Part shown: positions 16,861-30,902 of the stretch, in pieces
Layout: each line of letters starts with the position of its first letter
Position numbering within the stretch: the first letter of the stretch is position 1
Assembly (NCBI RefSeq): GCF_009914755.1
Contig: NC_060930.1
Length of the DNA: 64,000 bases
Strand: one strand, 5' to 3'
Source: the human T2T-CHM13v2.0 reference genome, Homo sapiens
Notes under the pieces: model-generated
The model's database searches: none
Seen by the model: only the letters and a program-made list of their open reading frames with translations
Told to the model about the DNA's origin: nothing
Made by a program: the position numbers and the translations under genes

Positions 16861-17516
16861 CAGTGGAGAGGGGAAGGACTAAAAGAAAACTTGATCAACC
16901 TAGGAAGACAGGAATGGGGGAAGGAGGTAAAAAAAAAATCCTATGGCATCATGTCTAGGGCACCGTGGGCAAACCACAGATTAAGGGAGAGGGGAGCATG
17001 AGTAATTCAGCTGGACTGGCTATTTAGACAAGCAGTCTAATTGGTGGCTCTAAGGAAAAGGAGCTCCTAGTATTTTGAGGGGGAGGTGGAATGTGGGAGG
17101 GAAGACTAGATCCTAGGTTGAGGCAAAATTTCCAATGCTTTTTTTTTTTTTGCATCATGATCACCTGAGGAGCTTCTTCAAAATTCTAAATCATGAGCCA
17201 TATTGCATATCTAATAAATCAGAATTTCAGATAGTAGGACCTAGGAGGTATATTTCTAAAATCCCTTCTGGTGCTTCTGGGGCACAAGAAGCAAGTCTGC
17301 TCCTGGGGAGGAAGAGGAAAGGAGTTGGCAAGATCTAAGCAGAGGCTCAAGTTCTCAAAGAAACAAGATGGGGTTCAACACAGGATCCTACTTCTGGCAC
17401 AGAAACCAGCGATATACCAGAACCCCCAGGCAGCAGATAAGCCAGATCTGCAGAGCTTGGCCTCAGCCCTGCTGGCTGGCAAGTGCTCAGGCCTCCCAGA
17501 TGCCAGCCTTGGTGTC

Positions 17517-17878
17517 TGATCTGGTTAGGCATTGTGTCCCCACCCCAATCTTACCTTGAATTGTAGCTCCCATAATCCCTATGTGTTGTGGGAGGGACCC
17601 GGTGGAAGATAAATGAATCATGGGGGCGAGTCTTTCCCATGCTATTCTTGTGATAGTGAATGAGTCTCATGAGATCTGATGGTTTTGTAAAGGGGAGTTT
17701 CGCTGCACAAGTTATCTTCTCTTGTCTGCCACCAAGTGAGATGTGCCTTTCACCTTCTGCCATGATTGTGAGGTCTCCCCAGCCACATGGAGCTGTGAGT
17801 TCATTAAGCCTCTTTCTTTTGTAAATTGCCCAGTCTCGAGTTATGTCTTTATCAGCAGCGTGAAAACAGACTAATACG
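17517..17878 (+). mobile_element. THE1 (THE1B-like) solo LTR
   Basis: tgat.tggtt...gactaatac ends, near-identical 5-bp TSD gtgtc/gtgcc. Confidence 0.9.
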
Positions 17879-18149
17879 GTGCCATGACTGATTCAGTGTC
17901 CTGGGCATGGTTGATGATGGGCATCCCTTGCACTGCCAGGCTTGGACATCACTGGCCAAGGGACTGAGGTGGGCATCCAGGTCAGGGGTCTTTGGGACCT
18001 GGGCTGGAGGGCTGCAACGCCATCCATCTTTTGGCCTAGTCCAGGTTTTCTGTCCTCCTCAGAGGCTCAGGTGGCTGAGGTTCTAGCATGCCCATGCCCA
18101 GGCCCACGAGTATGCTCTTGGCATGGCCTAAGACCTGGTTCTCAGCCCT

Positions 18150-18535
18150 AGCTGTTCATCAGGAAGCTCCCAGAGAAGCTGTCAAACATAGACATTCCTG
18201 GTTCCCACCCTGTGAGATTTTGATCTGAGAGGTCTGGAATAGAGCTTAAGCACCTGTATATGTTTAACCCCCCAGGTGATTCTAATATATAACCAGGACT
18301 GGAAATCTAAATCTGTGGTTCTCGATCCTGGATGCACATTAAAATCACCAAGGTGGGGGTGGGAGCAGATTTTTTAAAAATACTAATACTTGCCGTCTGT
18401 ATCATAAAGATTCTAACTCTCTTGGTCTGGCAGTGGGCCCAGGTATGTTTTTTAGTTTGTTCAGTTGGTTGGTTTTGGGTTGGTTTTAGCTGCCCAGGTG
18501 ATTCTAATGCACAGTCAGGATTGAAGACCCCTGGT
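18150..18535. mobile_element. Tandem MER5-family MITE fragments
   Basis: Two ccaggtgattctaat motifs and gtggttctc termini. Confidence 0.6.
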
Positions 18536-18766
18536 CCAGAGGATTTTGTTCAGGGAAGTTAACTCGTATTTGAGTGAGTGCCAGGAAAAGGCAAGCCCTG
18601 GGGAAGATCCGACATACTGAAGGGCTATTGGTGGGCCAGGTAGACAGCAGTGCGCTGGGGCAGTGTGGGAAGGGCCAGGCGGAGACAAGCCAACAGCCTC
18701 AACAGAAGGCTTTCTGGCCAAAGCAATTTGTTGACACAGGTCTGACTTTTTAAAATCTATTATCTT

Positions 18767-21700
18767 GGGGGCCAAGATGGCTAACTAGAAGCAGCAGTGC
18801 TGAGAGGCTCCCATCCAAAATAAGCCATAATAAGTGTATGAATTCTTCACCAGCAACCAAGGTATCCAGGTTCTGTCATCAAAATTGACTAGAAGGCTGG
18901 CGTGACCCACAGAGAGAAAGAAGAGCAGTGTGGTGGGGCAGCCCACCTGAGAGCCACACAGGGAAGGGGAACCCTTGGGCCCCCTCACTCACCGCCTCCC
19001 TCCTCCAGCCGAGGGAAGCAGTGAGTGAGCACTCTACCCAGCAGGGGAAACTGTGCTTTTTCCACAGAACTGTGCAACTCACGGATCGGAAGTTCTCACT
19101 GATGAACCCACGCTACCGGGCCTAGCATCCTAACCGTGGAACACGCAGATTTTTGAGGCCTCTCAGCTGGAATCTGCTTAAGCCTACCAAACTCCCTGAG
19201 GGAGGAGTGACCAGCAGGGGCTGCGGCTGCCTGCTGTCTAAGCCCTTTGAGCTCTTTGGGGGCGGGGCAGCAGCCAGCACTGGGACTCACAACTGCCTAA
19301 CACGCTAAGCTCCTGGGCAGGGGAATGGCGGCACCCATCTCTATACCTCCAGGCTGCACTTTTCCCCTGCTGGAGCCAGGGAGGCTGAGTGGTTTGGTCC
19401 CAAGAATTATCCCCACAGCCCAACACACCACCTGTGGCAGTCTGCGGCCAGAGTGCCTCTTCAGGTCTAACCCATCTTTCCTAATTGGGCGGGGCTACCC
19501 TGCAGGATCCCCAATAATGCCAGCCAGAGGCTTAGGGACAGAATTTGGATGTCCCTGGGCCTGAGCCCCTAGAGGGAGAAGTGGCCCCAGTCTCTGCAGA
19601 CCAGCAGACTTAGCCTTTCCGGAGTCCTGGTAGTTCTGAGGAATCTGGGAAGCCCAGATGAGTGGGTTTCCCTGAAGTGAAGCCCACCTTCTCCACCAAG
19701 GGACAAAGTGCTTCATTAAATGGGTCCTGCTCCCTGTGCTGCCCAACTGGGTGAGACCCTCTAACAGGGGTTGTCAGATACCCTATACAGGAGTGATACT
19801 ACTGGCATCAGGTTGGTGCCCCTCAAGGTCAGAGGTCCCAGAAGAAGGAGCAGGCACCCATCTTTGCTACTCTCCAGCCTCCTTGAGTGACGTCTCCAGG
19901 CATGGGAGCGAATCAGATGAATAGGGCCTGAAGTGAGCCCCCAGCAACCTGCAGCAGCCCTACAGAAGAGGGGCCTGACTATTGAAAAAAAAACAAGCCA
20001 GCAGAAAGCCACAACAACAACAACAACAAAAGGCCCCCACAAAAACCCCATCCAAGGGTCAGTAGCCTCAAAGACTGAAACTAGACAAACTCAGAATAAT
20101 GAGAAAGAATCAGTGAGAAAATGCTGAAAACCCAAAAGGCCAGAGTGCCCCTTCTCCTCCAAATGATTGCAATGTCTCTCCATCAGGGGCGCAGAACTAG
20201 ATGGAGGATCAGATGGATGAATTGACAGAAGCAGGCTTCAGAAGATGAGTAATAAAAAACTACGCTGAGCTAAAGGAGCATGTTCTAACCCAACGCAAAG
20301 AAGCTAAGAACCTTGATAAAAGATTAGAGGAATTGCTAACTAGAATAACCAGTTTAGAGAGGAACATAAATGACCTGATGGAGCTGAAAACCGCAGCACG
20401 AGAACTTCGTTTAGCATACACAAGTATCAACAGCTGAATTGACCAAGTAGAAGAAAAGATATCAAAGTTTGAAGACCACCTTACTGAAATAAGACATGTA
20501 GACAAGGATAGAGAAAAAAGAATGAAAAGGAATGAACAAAGCCTCCAAGAAATATGGGACTTCGTAAAAAGACTGAACTTACACTTGATTGGAGTACCAG
20601 AAAGAGATAGGGAGAATGGAAACAAGCTGGAAAACACACTTCAGGATATTATCCAGGAGAACTTCCCCAACCTAACAAGAGAGGCCAACATGCAAATTCA
20701 GGAAATACAGAGAACACCATTAAGATGCTCTGTGAGAAGATCAATCCTGAGAAACATAATCATGAGATTCTCCGGGGTCAAAATGAAGGAAAAACTGTTA
20801 AGGGCAGCCAGAGAGAAAGGCCAGGTCACATACAAAGGGAAGCCCATCAGACTAACAGCAGACCTCTCAGTAGAAACTCTATGAGCCAGAAGAGATTGGG
20901 GGCCAATATTCAACATTCTTAAGGAAAATAATTTTCATCTCAGAATTTCATATCCAGCCAAACTAAGCTTCATAAGCGAAGGAGAAATAAAATTCTTTAC
21001 AGACAAGCAAATGCTGAGGGATTTTGTTACCACCAGGCCTGCCCTGCAAGAGCTCCTGAAAGAAGCACTAAATATGGAAAGGAAAAACCATTACCAGCCA
21101 CTGCAAAAACCACACCAAAATATAAAGACCAAAGACACTACAAAGAAACTGCATCAACTAGTGTGCAAAATAACCAAATAGCATCATGATGACAGGATCA
21201 AATTCACACATAACAATACTAACCTTAAATGTAAATGGGCTAAATGCCCCAATTAAAAGACACAGACTGGCAAATTGAATAAGGAGTCAAGACCCATCAG
21301 TGTGCTATATTCAGGACACCTATCTTACATGCAAAGACACACACATGCTCAAAATAAGGGGATAGAGGAAAATTTACCAAGCAAATGGAAAGCAAAAAAA
21401 AAAGCAGGGGTTGCAATCCTAGCTTCTAACAAAACAGACTTTAAGCCAACAAAGATCAAAAGAGACGAAGAAGGGCACTACAAAATGGTAAAGAGAACAA
21501 TTCAACAAGAAGAGCTAACTATTCCGAATATATATGCACCCGTTACAGGAGCACCCAGTTTCATAAAACAAGTTCTTAGAAACCTACAAAGAGACTTAGA
21601 CTCCCACACAATAATAGTGGGAGACTTTAACACCCTACTGTCAATATTAGACAGATCAACCAGACAGAAAATTAACAAGGATATTTAGGACTTGAACTCA

Positions 21701-24700
21701 GCTCTGGGTCAAGTGGACCTAGTAGACGTCTACAGAACTCTCTACCACAAATCAACAGAATATACATTCTTCTCAGTGCCACATGGCACTTATTCTAAAA
21801 TTGACCACATAATTGGAAGTAAAACACTCCTCAGCAAATGCAAAAGAACAGAAATAATAACAAACAGTCTCTCAGACCATGGTGCAATCAAATTAGAACT
21901 CAGGATTCAGAAACTCACTCAAAACCACACAATTTCATGGAAATTGAACAACCTGCTCCTGAATGACTCCTGGGTGAATAATGAAATTAAGGAAAAAATC
22001 AAGAAGTTCTCTGAAACCAATCAGAACAAAGAGACAACATACCAGAATCTCTGGGACACAGCTAAAGCAGTGTTAAGAGGGAAATTTATAGCACTAAATG
22101 CCCACATCAGAAAGCTAGAAAGGTCTGAAATCAATACACTAACATCACAATTAAGAGAGCTAGAGAGGCAAGAGCAAACTAAATGAAAACCTAGCAGAAG
22201 GCAAGAAATAACTAAGATCAGAGATTAACTGAAGGAGATAGCGACATGAAAAAACCCTAAAAAAAAAGTCAACAAATCCAGGAGCTGGTTTTTTGAAAAA
22301 ACTCCGGGGACTGTTGTGGGGTGGGGGGAGGGGGGAGGGATAGCATTAGGAGATATACCTAATGCTAAATAACGAGTTAATGGGTGCAGCACACCAACAT
22401 GGCACATGTATACATATGTAACAAACCTGCACATTGTGCACACGTACCCTAAAACTTAAAGTATAATAATAAATAAATAAATAAAAGAAATTCACAACCA
22501 AAAAAAAAAATTAACAAAATAGGCCACTAGCTAGACTAATAAAGAAGAGAGAGAGAAGAATCAAATAGACACAATAAAAAATGATAAAGGGGATATCACC
22601 ACTAACCCCACAGAAATACAATCAGAGAATACTATAAACACCTCTATGCAAATGAACTAGAAAATCTAGACGAAATAGATAAATTTCTGCACGCATACAC
22701 CCTACCAAGACTAAACCAGGAAGAAGTCAAATCCCTGAATAGACCAATAACAAGCTCTGAAATTGAGGCAGTAATTAATAGCCTACCAACCCAAAAAAGC
22801 CCAGGATCAGATGGATTCACAGCTGAATTTTACTAGAAATACAAAGAGGAGCTGATACCATTCATCCTGAAACTATTCCAAACAACTGAAAGGGAAGGAC
22901 TCCTCCCTAACTCATTTTATGAAGCAAGCATCATCCTGATACCAAACCAGGAAAAGACACAATAAAAAAAGAAAACTTCAGGCCAATATCCCTGATGAAC
23001 ATCAATGCGAAAATCCTCAATAAGATATTGGCAAACCAAATCCAGTAGCACATCAAAAAACTTATCCACCCCAGTCAAGTTGGCTTCATCCCTGGGACGC
23101 AAGGCTGGTTCAACATGTGCAAATCAATAAATGTAATCCATCACATAAACAGAACTAAAGACAAAACCCCTGCATCAATAGATGCAGAAAAGACCTTTGA
23201 TAAGATTCAACATCGCTTCATGTTAAAAACTCTCAATAAACTAGGTATTGATGGAACATATCTCAAAATAATAAGGGCTATTTATGACAAACCCACAGCC
23301 AATATCATATTGACTGGGCAAAAGCTAGAAGCATTCCCTTTGAAAACTGGTACAAGATAAGAATGTCCTCTCTCACCACTCCTATTCAATATAGTATTGG
23401 AAGTTCTGGCCAGTAAAATCAGGCAAGAGAGAGAAATAAAGGGTATTCAAATAGGAAGAGAGGAAGTCAAGTTGTCTCTGTTTGCAGATGGCATGATTTT
23501 ATATATTAGAAAACCCCATCATCTCAGCCCAAAAGCTTCTTGAACTGATAAGCCACTTCAGCAAAGTTGCAGGATACAAAACCAATGCGCAAAAGTCACA
23601 AGCATTCCTTTACACCAACAACAGGCAAGCAAAGAGCCAAATCATGAAGGAACTCTCATTCACAATCACTACAAAGATAATAAAATATCTAGGAATACAG
23701 CTAACAAGGGATGTGAGGACCTCTTCAAGGAGAACTACAAACCTCTGCTCAAGGAAATAAGAGAGGACACAAAAGAATGGAAAAACATTCCATGCTCACG
23801 GATAGGAAGAATCAATATCGTGAAAATGGCCATAGATCCCAAAGTAATTTATAGATTCAATGCTATTCCCACAAAACTACTATTGACATTCTTCACAGAA
23901 TTTGAAAAAACTACTTTAAATTTTATATGGAATCAAAGAAGACCCCGTATAGCCAAGACAATCCTAAACAGAAAGAACAAAGCTGGAGGCATCATGCTAC
24001 CTGACTTCAAACTATGCTACAAGGCTACAGTAACCAAAACAGCATGGTACTGGTACCAAAACAGACATATAGACCAAGGGAGCAGAACAGAGACCTCAGA
24101 AATAACACCACACATCACCATCTGATCTTTGACAAACCTGACAAAAACAAGCAATGGGAAAGGATCTCCTATTCAGTAAATGGTGCTGGGAAAACTGGCT
24201 AGCCATATGGAGAAAACTGAAACTGGACCCCTTCCTTACACCCTATACAAACATTAACTCAAGATGGATTAAAGACTTAAATATGAAACCCAAAACCATA
24301 AAAACCCTAGAAGAAAACCTAGCCAATATCATTCAGGACATAGGCATGGGCAAAGACTTCATGACTAAAACTCCAAAAGCAATTGCAACGAAAGCCATAA
24401 CTGACAAATGGGATCCAATTAAACTAAAGCGCTTCTGCACAGCAAAAGAAACTATCATCAGAGTGAACAGGCAACCTACAGAATGGGAGAATATTTTTGC
24501 AATCTACCCATCTGACAAAGGTCTAATATCCAGAATTTATGAGGAACTTAAACATATTTACAAGAAAAAGCCAAACAACCCCATCAAAAAGTGGACAAAG
24601 GATATTAACAGACACTTCTCAAAAGAAGACATTTATGTGGCCAACAAACATGAAAAAAACTCATCACTGGTCACTAGAGAAATGCACATCAAAACCACAG

Positions 24701-25378
24701 TAAGATACCATCTCACGCCAGTTAGAATGGCAATTATTAAAAAGTCAGGGAGCAACAGATGCTGGTGAGGCTGTGGAGAAATAGGAACGCTTTTACACTA
24801 TTGGTGGGAATGTAAATTAGTTCAGCCATTATGGAAGACAGTATGGTGATTCCTTAAGGATCTAGAACCAGAAATACCATTTGACCCAGCAACCCCATTA
24901 TTGGGTATATACCCAAAGGAATATAAATCATTCTACTATAAAGACACATGCACATGTATGTTTATTGCAGCACTATTTACAATAGCAAAGACATGGAACC
25001 AACCCAAATGCCCATCAATGATAGGCTGGATAAATAAAATGTGGTACATACACACCATGGAATACTATGCAGTCATAAAAAGGAAAGAGATCATGTTCTT
25101 TGCAGGGAAATGTATAAAGCTAGAAGCCTTCATCCTCAGCAAACTAACACAGGAACAGAAAACCAAACACTGCATATTCTCACTCATAAGTGGGAGTTGA
25201 ACATTGAGAACACATGGACACAGAGAGGGGCCTGTTGGGGGGTGGGGGTTGAAGGGAGAGAACTTAGAGGACAGGTCAATAGGTGCAGCAAACCACCATG
25301 GCACACATATACCTCTGTAACGAACCTGCAAGTTCTGCACATGTATCCCAATTCTTATTTTAGAAGAAATAAAGAAAA
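18767..25378 (+). mobile_element. Full-length LINE-1 (L1PA8A-like), inactive
   Basis: 5' GGGGGCCAAGATGG, ~1.33-kb 5' UTR, ORF1 from 20099 and ORF2 from 21189 (both with stops or frameshifts; RT motif FADD reads FADG at 23481-23492); TSD AAAATCTATTATCTT (18752-18766, 25379-25393) at a TTTT/AAAA site. Confidence 0.95.
22301..22510 (+). mobile_element. Nested 5'-truncated younger L1 3' end (L1PA3/4-like) inside ORF2 of the older L1
   Basis: G-rich tract, gcattaggagatatacctaatgctaaat...aaaacttaaagtataataat, A-rich tail; host ORF2 resumes at ttaacaaaatag (22511). Confidence 0.92.
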
Positions 25379-25989
25379 AAAATCTATTATCTTGTTGCTC
25401 TTGTGGCAGGACCCAAATCCTAGGTACAACAGGCCTGGAGGCTGCAGAAGGCATAAAAACAGGGAAGAGACATGGCTTTCAGCTGCTCCTTTACCAGAGG
25501 CACCCTTACCTTGCTTCATGGCCCTTGCTTCATGTACCCTGCTTCATGTCTTAGTAGAGTAATGCCAGGAAGATATGCAGACCTGGGTGAAGGCATACAC
25601 ATGCTGGCTTTGCTCCCAAGAAAGTTTTCTACAGCCTGTTCCTTCTAGCTGGTTAGATAATTCAGCTGCCTGAGAATCTAGGCCATGAATGTGTTCTCAA
25701 TGGTATATTCAAGCTGTGAAATTTTAGTAGTAGATAGATTTTTACATTTTAAGGGAAATCAATCAGCAGGCCAAAACAAGAGCTTGTTGAATGGGGCTTG
25801 CTTTTTTAAAAAAATCAAATTTAAATTGGGATAATCTATCCATTGATGTTGCATTAATAGTTCACTTACCTAGTCACTCAATAAATGTTTATCAAGTACC
25901 AGGCTTGGTGCCTGAGCTGGCTATAAAGTGCTAAATCAGACATCTCCCTGAGCACACAGATCTTATTGTCTAATATAAGGTGAACTATA

Positions 25990-26201
25990 GTCCTCAGGCC
26001 AAATATGGTACACTGCCTGTTTTTTTAAATAAAGTTTTATTGAAACACACCATGATCATTTGTTTATGCATTAGCTATGACCACTCTCAGACTACAATGG
26101 TAAAGTTGAGGAATTGAGTGGTTGCAACAGAGACCGTGTAGCCTGCAAAGCCTTAAATATTTACCATTGGGCTCTTTACAGAAGCAGTTTGCTGACCTTT
26201 G
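25990..26201. mobile_element. MER58A (hAT-Charlie MITE)
   Basis: taaataaagttttattgaaacac...gcctgcaaagccttaaatatttac...tttgctgacc. Confidence 0.8.
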
Positions 26202-27156
26202 GTCTAGTGGATAGTTGAACTCTGCTTTTCCATCACAGTGATCCACTTGTTTTTTATCAATTGACTTATACAGGGTTTTTGGTTGAAAGGAAAGAATCCA
26301 CTTAATGGGCTCAAGGAAAAAGGAGGATTATGATAAAATATTCCCCCAATAGAATCCATGAACAAGAAACTAAATACAGATGTTACTCCTAAAATATGAG
26401 TTTTGCCACACAAATTGGCCATAACTCAGTTCTATTAATTAAAGAAAATAATCTGCATTACTGAGGTCACCATTGGTTATAACAAGATCTTGACTAGGAA
26501 CTAACAATACATTTAGAAGCTAGCACCAATTGAAAAAACAAAACAAAACAAAAACAAAAAACTGTTGCCTAAGCAATGCAAAGGCTTTGTTTGGGTAGCT
26601 TTGACCTTATTTATCTTAACAATGGGTTATAACAATAAAGGAAAAAAGGACTTGTAAAATATCACATTAGTGATAGGAAAAGAAGGGACAATATTTTTAA
26701 GCAAAAGTTGCTAAATGCTGGATTTGATCTGTGATGTTTAGATTTTACTCTACAGCTATCAAAAGCATTCTTATTATTGAAATTATTACAGAAAAAGCAA
26801 CTACTTTGTTGGGAACCTGAAATTCTTCAGCTCCCACTTTTTTTTACTTTCTTAAAACAATAATTGTTTTAAAAGCATTTTTTTTAAATGTGGGGTTTCT
26901 GAGGAATATAGAATCGACTGTTCAGTGAGACAGAAGATAAGAAATAGGGCTGGATCAGAACCAAGGTCATTCTCGTTGCTTCCCCAGCAGTACGTGGGCC
27001 CTGGTGCTTCCATCTCTGCCTTTTCTCCTCTTCTTCTCTCTTGCCTGGCTTCCACTGTGTAAACCTAAACAACCTGGATTGCCAAGCCCCAGTCTACATG
27101 TCTCCAGAGCCTACCATCAACAGGAAATTCTTAGTACAAAGTCTTAATCTGACTAG

Positions 27157-27743
27157 TGTAGGGGCCAAGGGAAATTTTCCTCTTCACCCTCTAAAAGTTC
27201 ACTGAAAATCAACTGATCAAAGGCAGATTAATAGGAGAAAAGGCATACAAATTTCTTAACATGCACAAGGGTGAATTAGAGTGAGTCCCCATGATCCAAT
27301 GGGGTACAGATGGTTCTATACCCTTCTTCTTAGGGGAAAGGAAGATGGGGAAGTGTGGATGATTTTAGGGGAGTTGTAAATGATTTTTAGGGGAATTCAG
27401 TGGGTTTAAAGAACATATAATGGCCTGGGACAAAGTTGGTTGGGTCTGCTTAGCAGACAATGGTTTGGGACAGAAGTCTGTCCAGGTGTGTTGACAGACT
27501 TCAGTCTTTCTTCCTGTCATATGAGTTCAGTTCATGAAAACTCAGGGAAGGTACCAGAGGTAACTGATTTTTTTCTTTGGTGGTTTGGACTTCAGGCAGA
27601 TAATGGAACTTCAGAGAACAGCTGCATCCTGTACTTTGGGAGAGACAGGATTGGGGTAGAGAAGGTCAGACAGACCTTGAGACTTCTTCAGTTCAGCATG
27701 TCAATGTGCCATATTCTGGGGTTTCAGTTTCAGAGCCCAAACA
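27157..27743 (-). mobile_element. ERV1 solo LTR, MER39/MER34 family
   Basis: TG...CA ends; reverse strand begins TGTTTGGGCTCTGAAAC...GACATGCTGAACTGAAGAAG. Confidence 0.7.
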
Positions 27744-27789
27744 CTGACCTAACTCAATTTATAGTTTGATACTTTTGCAGAGCCTACTA

Positions 27790-28178
27790 AAACCTTGACT
27801 TTTACATTGCCACCAAGACAAAAGACTACATTCCCGGCTTCCCTTGAATCTCAGTGTAACCCTGAGGCTAAATCCTATGAAGTGAAATACAAGCAAAGGT
27901 GTTACGTGAACCTTCTGGGAACTGTCCTTGGAGAGTGGATATAATGATGTGCTGGAGCTCTGACTGCCATCTTGGATGTGAGCACAAGGGCCACACCCTT
28001 GAAATAGCATAGTATGAGCTGGAAGGAGCCTGGATCACTGATGACCATTGGAGACCTCACAACAGCCCTAAACTGCCTGTATCTAGGCTTCTTTTATGTG
28101 AGTGAAATACATGACCACCTTGTTTAAGCAAATATTTAGGGGGTTTCTGTTACCTGCAATGGGGCCTAAACCTGACAG
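27790..28178 (+). mobile_element. Old MLT1 MaLR LTR
   Basis: gactacattccc...cttgtttaagc...ttctgttacctgca motifs. Confidence 0.6.
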
Positions 28179-29434
28179 TTTCCTCTGCTCCAATAAGCTG
28201 TAACCAGAGAGGTAGGGCCTGAGGGATACTGCCCACACAGTGAATCTTCCAGGTCTGAGCAGATTTCCCAGGAAAGGAGTCCTGGGCAGAGCAAAAAGAC
28301 CATGTGGAGTTTCAACCACACTGGTTGAGTTCCATTGACAGACGACTTGGATCTGCAAGGAAGAGAAATACCGGGATACATGAAAAATTGGGTCCTGGGC
28401 TCATACCATAGAATGTGCACCAGTATAAAAAAAATTATAATTCAAGGGGAACAGGCTCTGGGAGGTGGAATTGTGGGAATCATGGCTGCAGGCCAGGTTG
28501 ACAGGTGCCTTGAGTAGATGGAAGTCAATTGTTCTGCTAATAATTGAAGAAGCATTGGTTATATTTATAAGAGATCTGGCTAATGCATTCCCTTTGGCTA
28601 CTTAGGGCTGTGATTTATTGGCAGCAAAGTTACTTAGAATAATAAAACCCCCAGGCCTTGTGGCAAACTGCTGAGATTTTTCAAGAAGAAAGGGACCACT
28701 TAAAGATCTCAATTGGCTTTTCTTGAGTGAATGATATCCTGAGGAAGCAGGTTTCAAATGTGTCTCCATCATTCACACCCTTAAGAAGAAAAACGAGAGA
28801 AATAAAAAAAATGCTACATTTATTTCAAATATTTGACAAGTTACGAAAGTCCTGGAACAGGTTTCTAAGAACTACAACTCCCAGTGGACACATGTTCCAC
28901 CATCCTTTTCTTCCTTTTTTCTAAAAGCTTTTAATTGATTGAGAAAAACCGGTTCAAATATCAGTTGATTTGAATGCATTATTCAATAAAAGGAAGAATA
29001 TATGTCATTTTTAAAAATAGCCTTTCTTCTATACAACTGTGTCCACCTGGGCTATGGCCTTTCTGTTAAACTTTTTTTTTTCTTCCTAAGCAAATAAAAT
29101 CCCAAAAGTTAAAAAAAAAATCCTAAAACTTTGTGCATAACCTTTGCCTGCTGAAGAAGCACACGCTGGCAATGACAGGGCTCAAAGCAGCCTCGTTCCT
29201 CTGGGTCACAGACACAGCAGGCAGACACTCAGCCACAAAGGCCAGACACTTGAAAGCAGAGATTTAAGAAGGAAATCAGTTGTTCTTCATGTTCAGAAAA
29301 AAATAAAAGATGTTCTGAAATAGAAAACAAGAAAGAAAAAATAAAGCAGTCTATTCTCAGGCAGTAGCACCGATTACCCAGGAAGACCTCAACTTATATA
29401 AACATTGAAATCTTTGAAGTAAATGAAGATAAGC

Positions 29435-29925
<491 letters not shown>

Positions 29926-30480
29926 CCAGTCAAATGAGAAATGCAAAGGCTATTTCTTTAGATTTTACTATAGCAAGGGAGTCAGCCCATCACACTTACA
30001 TTTGGCAGAGATTCAAAGGTAGGCAGAGGGGTGAGAAAGCTTCACAACAGAAAAAAGAGAAGACTTCACATATGTCCTGATAGGCATGGGGACACTGTAG
30101 GCAAGTTAACTAGAAGCAAAGCATCCTATATGGTTGGTCCTAAGTTAGAAGTGGGGGCAAGCATATTTTTTTTCTCTGATTTGTTCTAAGTTAGAGGTGG
30201 GGGCAAAAATTAGGGATGCTGTCAATTATTAATCAAGTCCTGGCCATTTTGTGTGAATTGTTACAGAAGTTATTGTTTATCTTTCTGGATTATTTCTAGA
30301 GATAGCAATATGGCTTCCTGCAAGTCTGATATACTTGTGTAGCAGGCTGGCTTCCTGTGTTGTTTATTGTAGATAAGGGAATTGGTTTCCTGGGCAGGTT
30401 GCTGCAGCTTGTGGGCCAGAGTTCTATTTTTATATGTGGTCTAGCCATTGTCCATTTGTACATTCAGTCTGTTGTCTTTC
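29926..30480 (-). mobile_element. ERV1-class LTR-like sequence (MER31/MER67-like)
   Basis: Resembles the recalled family text; subfamily uncertain. Confidence 0.45.
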
Positions 30481-30727
30481 AGATAAAGACAGATAGCTGT
30501 CTTGGAGCAGCTGACTGATAGCCAGCAAGGTGATTCCAGTATTTCTAGAGAGCTATTTTGGGACAGCTAATTCCTCTAGGCCACCTTGCCCAGAAGTGCC
30601 TAAGGACACACTTGCCTAAGTGAGCACATCCCTCTGAGCTCGATGCCCCAAGATGGCGAGGAAGGAAGGGAAGGATAATGGTGACGCTAGCAGTGGTGGC
30701 CTAGAAGGAGGGGAGGGAAGTAGTGCT

Positions 30728-30902
30728 CAGTGGTTCTCAGCCCTGGCTCTCAGAACTTTGTGGACAGCTTTAAGTAAACACTGATGCAGCAGCTCCGCCC
30801 CACCCACCAAAGATTCTAATTTCATAAAGCAGGCCTGGGCATCAACATTGTTTAAAAACTTCCCAGGTGATTCTAAGTTGCAGCCCAGGTTGGCAGCTAC
30901 TG
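30728..30902. mobile_element. MER5A MITE
   Basis: cagtggttctca...ccaggtgattctaa...ctactg. Confidence 0.75.

Noticed and set aside
20522-25200. ORFs with endonuclease or reverse transcriptase similarity as host genes or an active element
   Set aside because: They are fragments of one L1 with stops, frameshifts, a nested insertion and a mutated RT motif.
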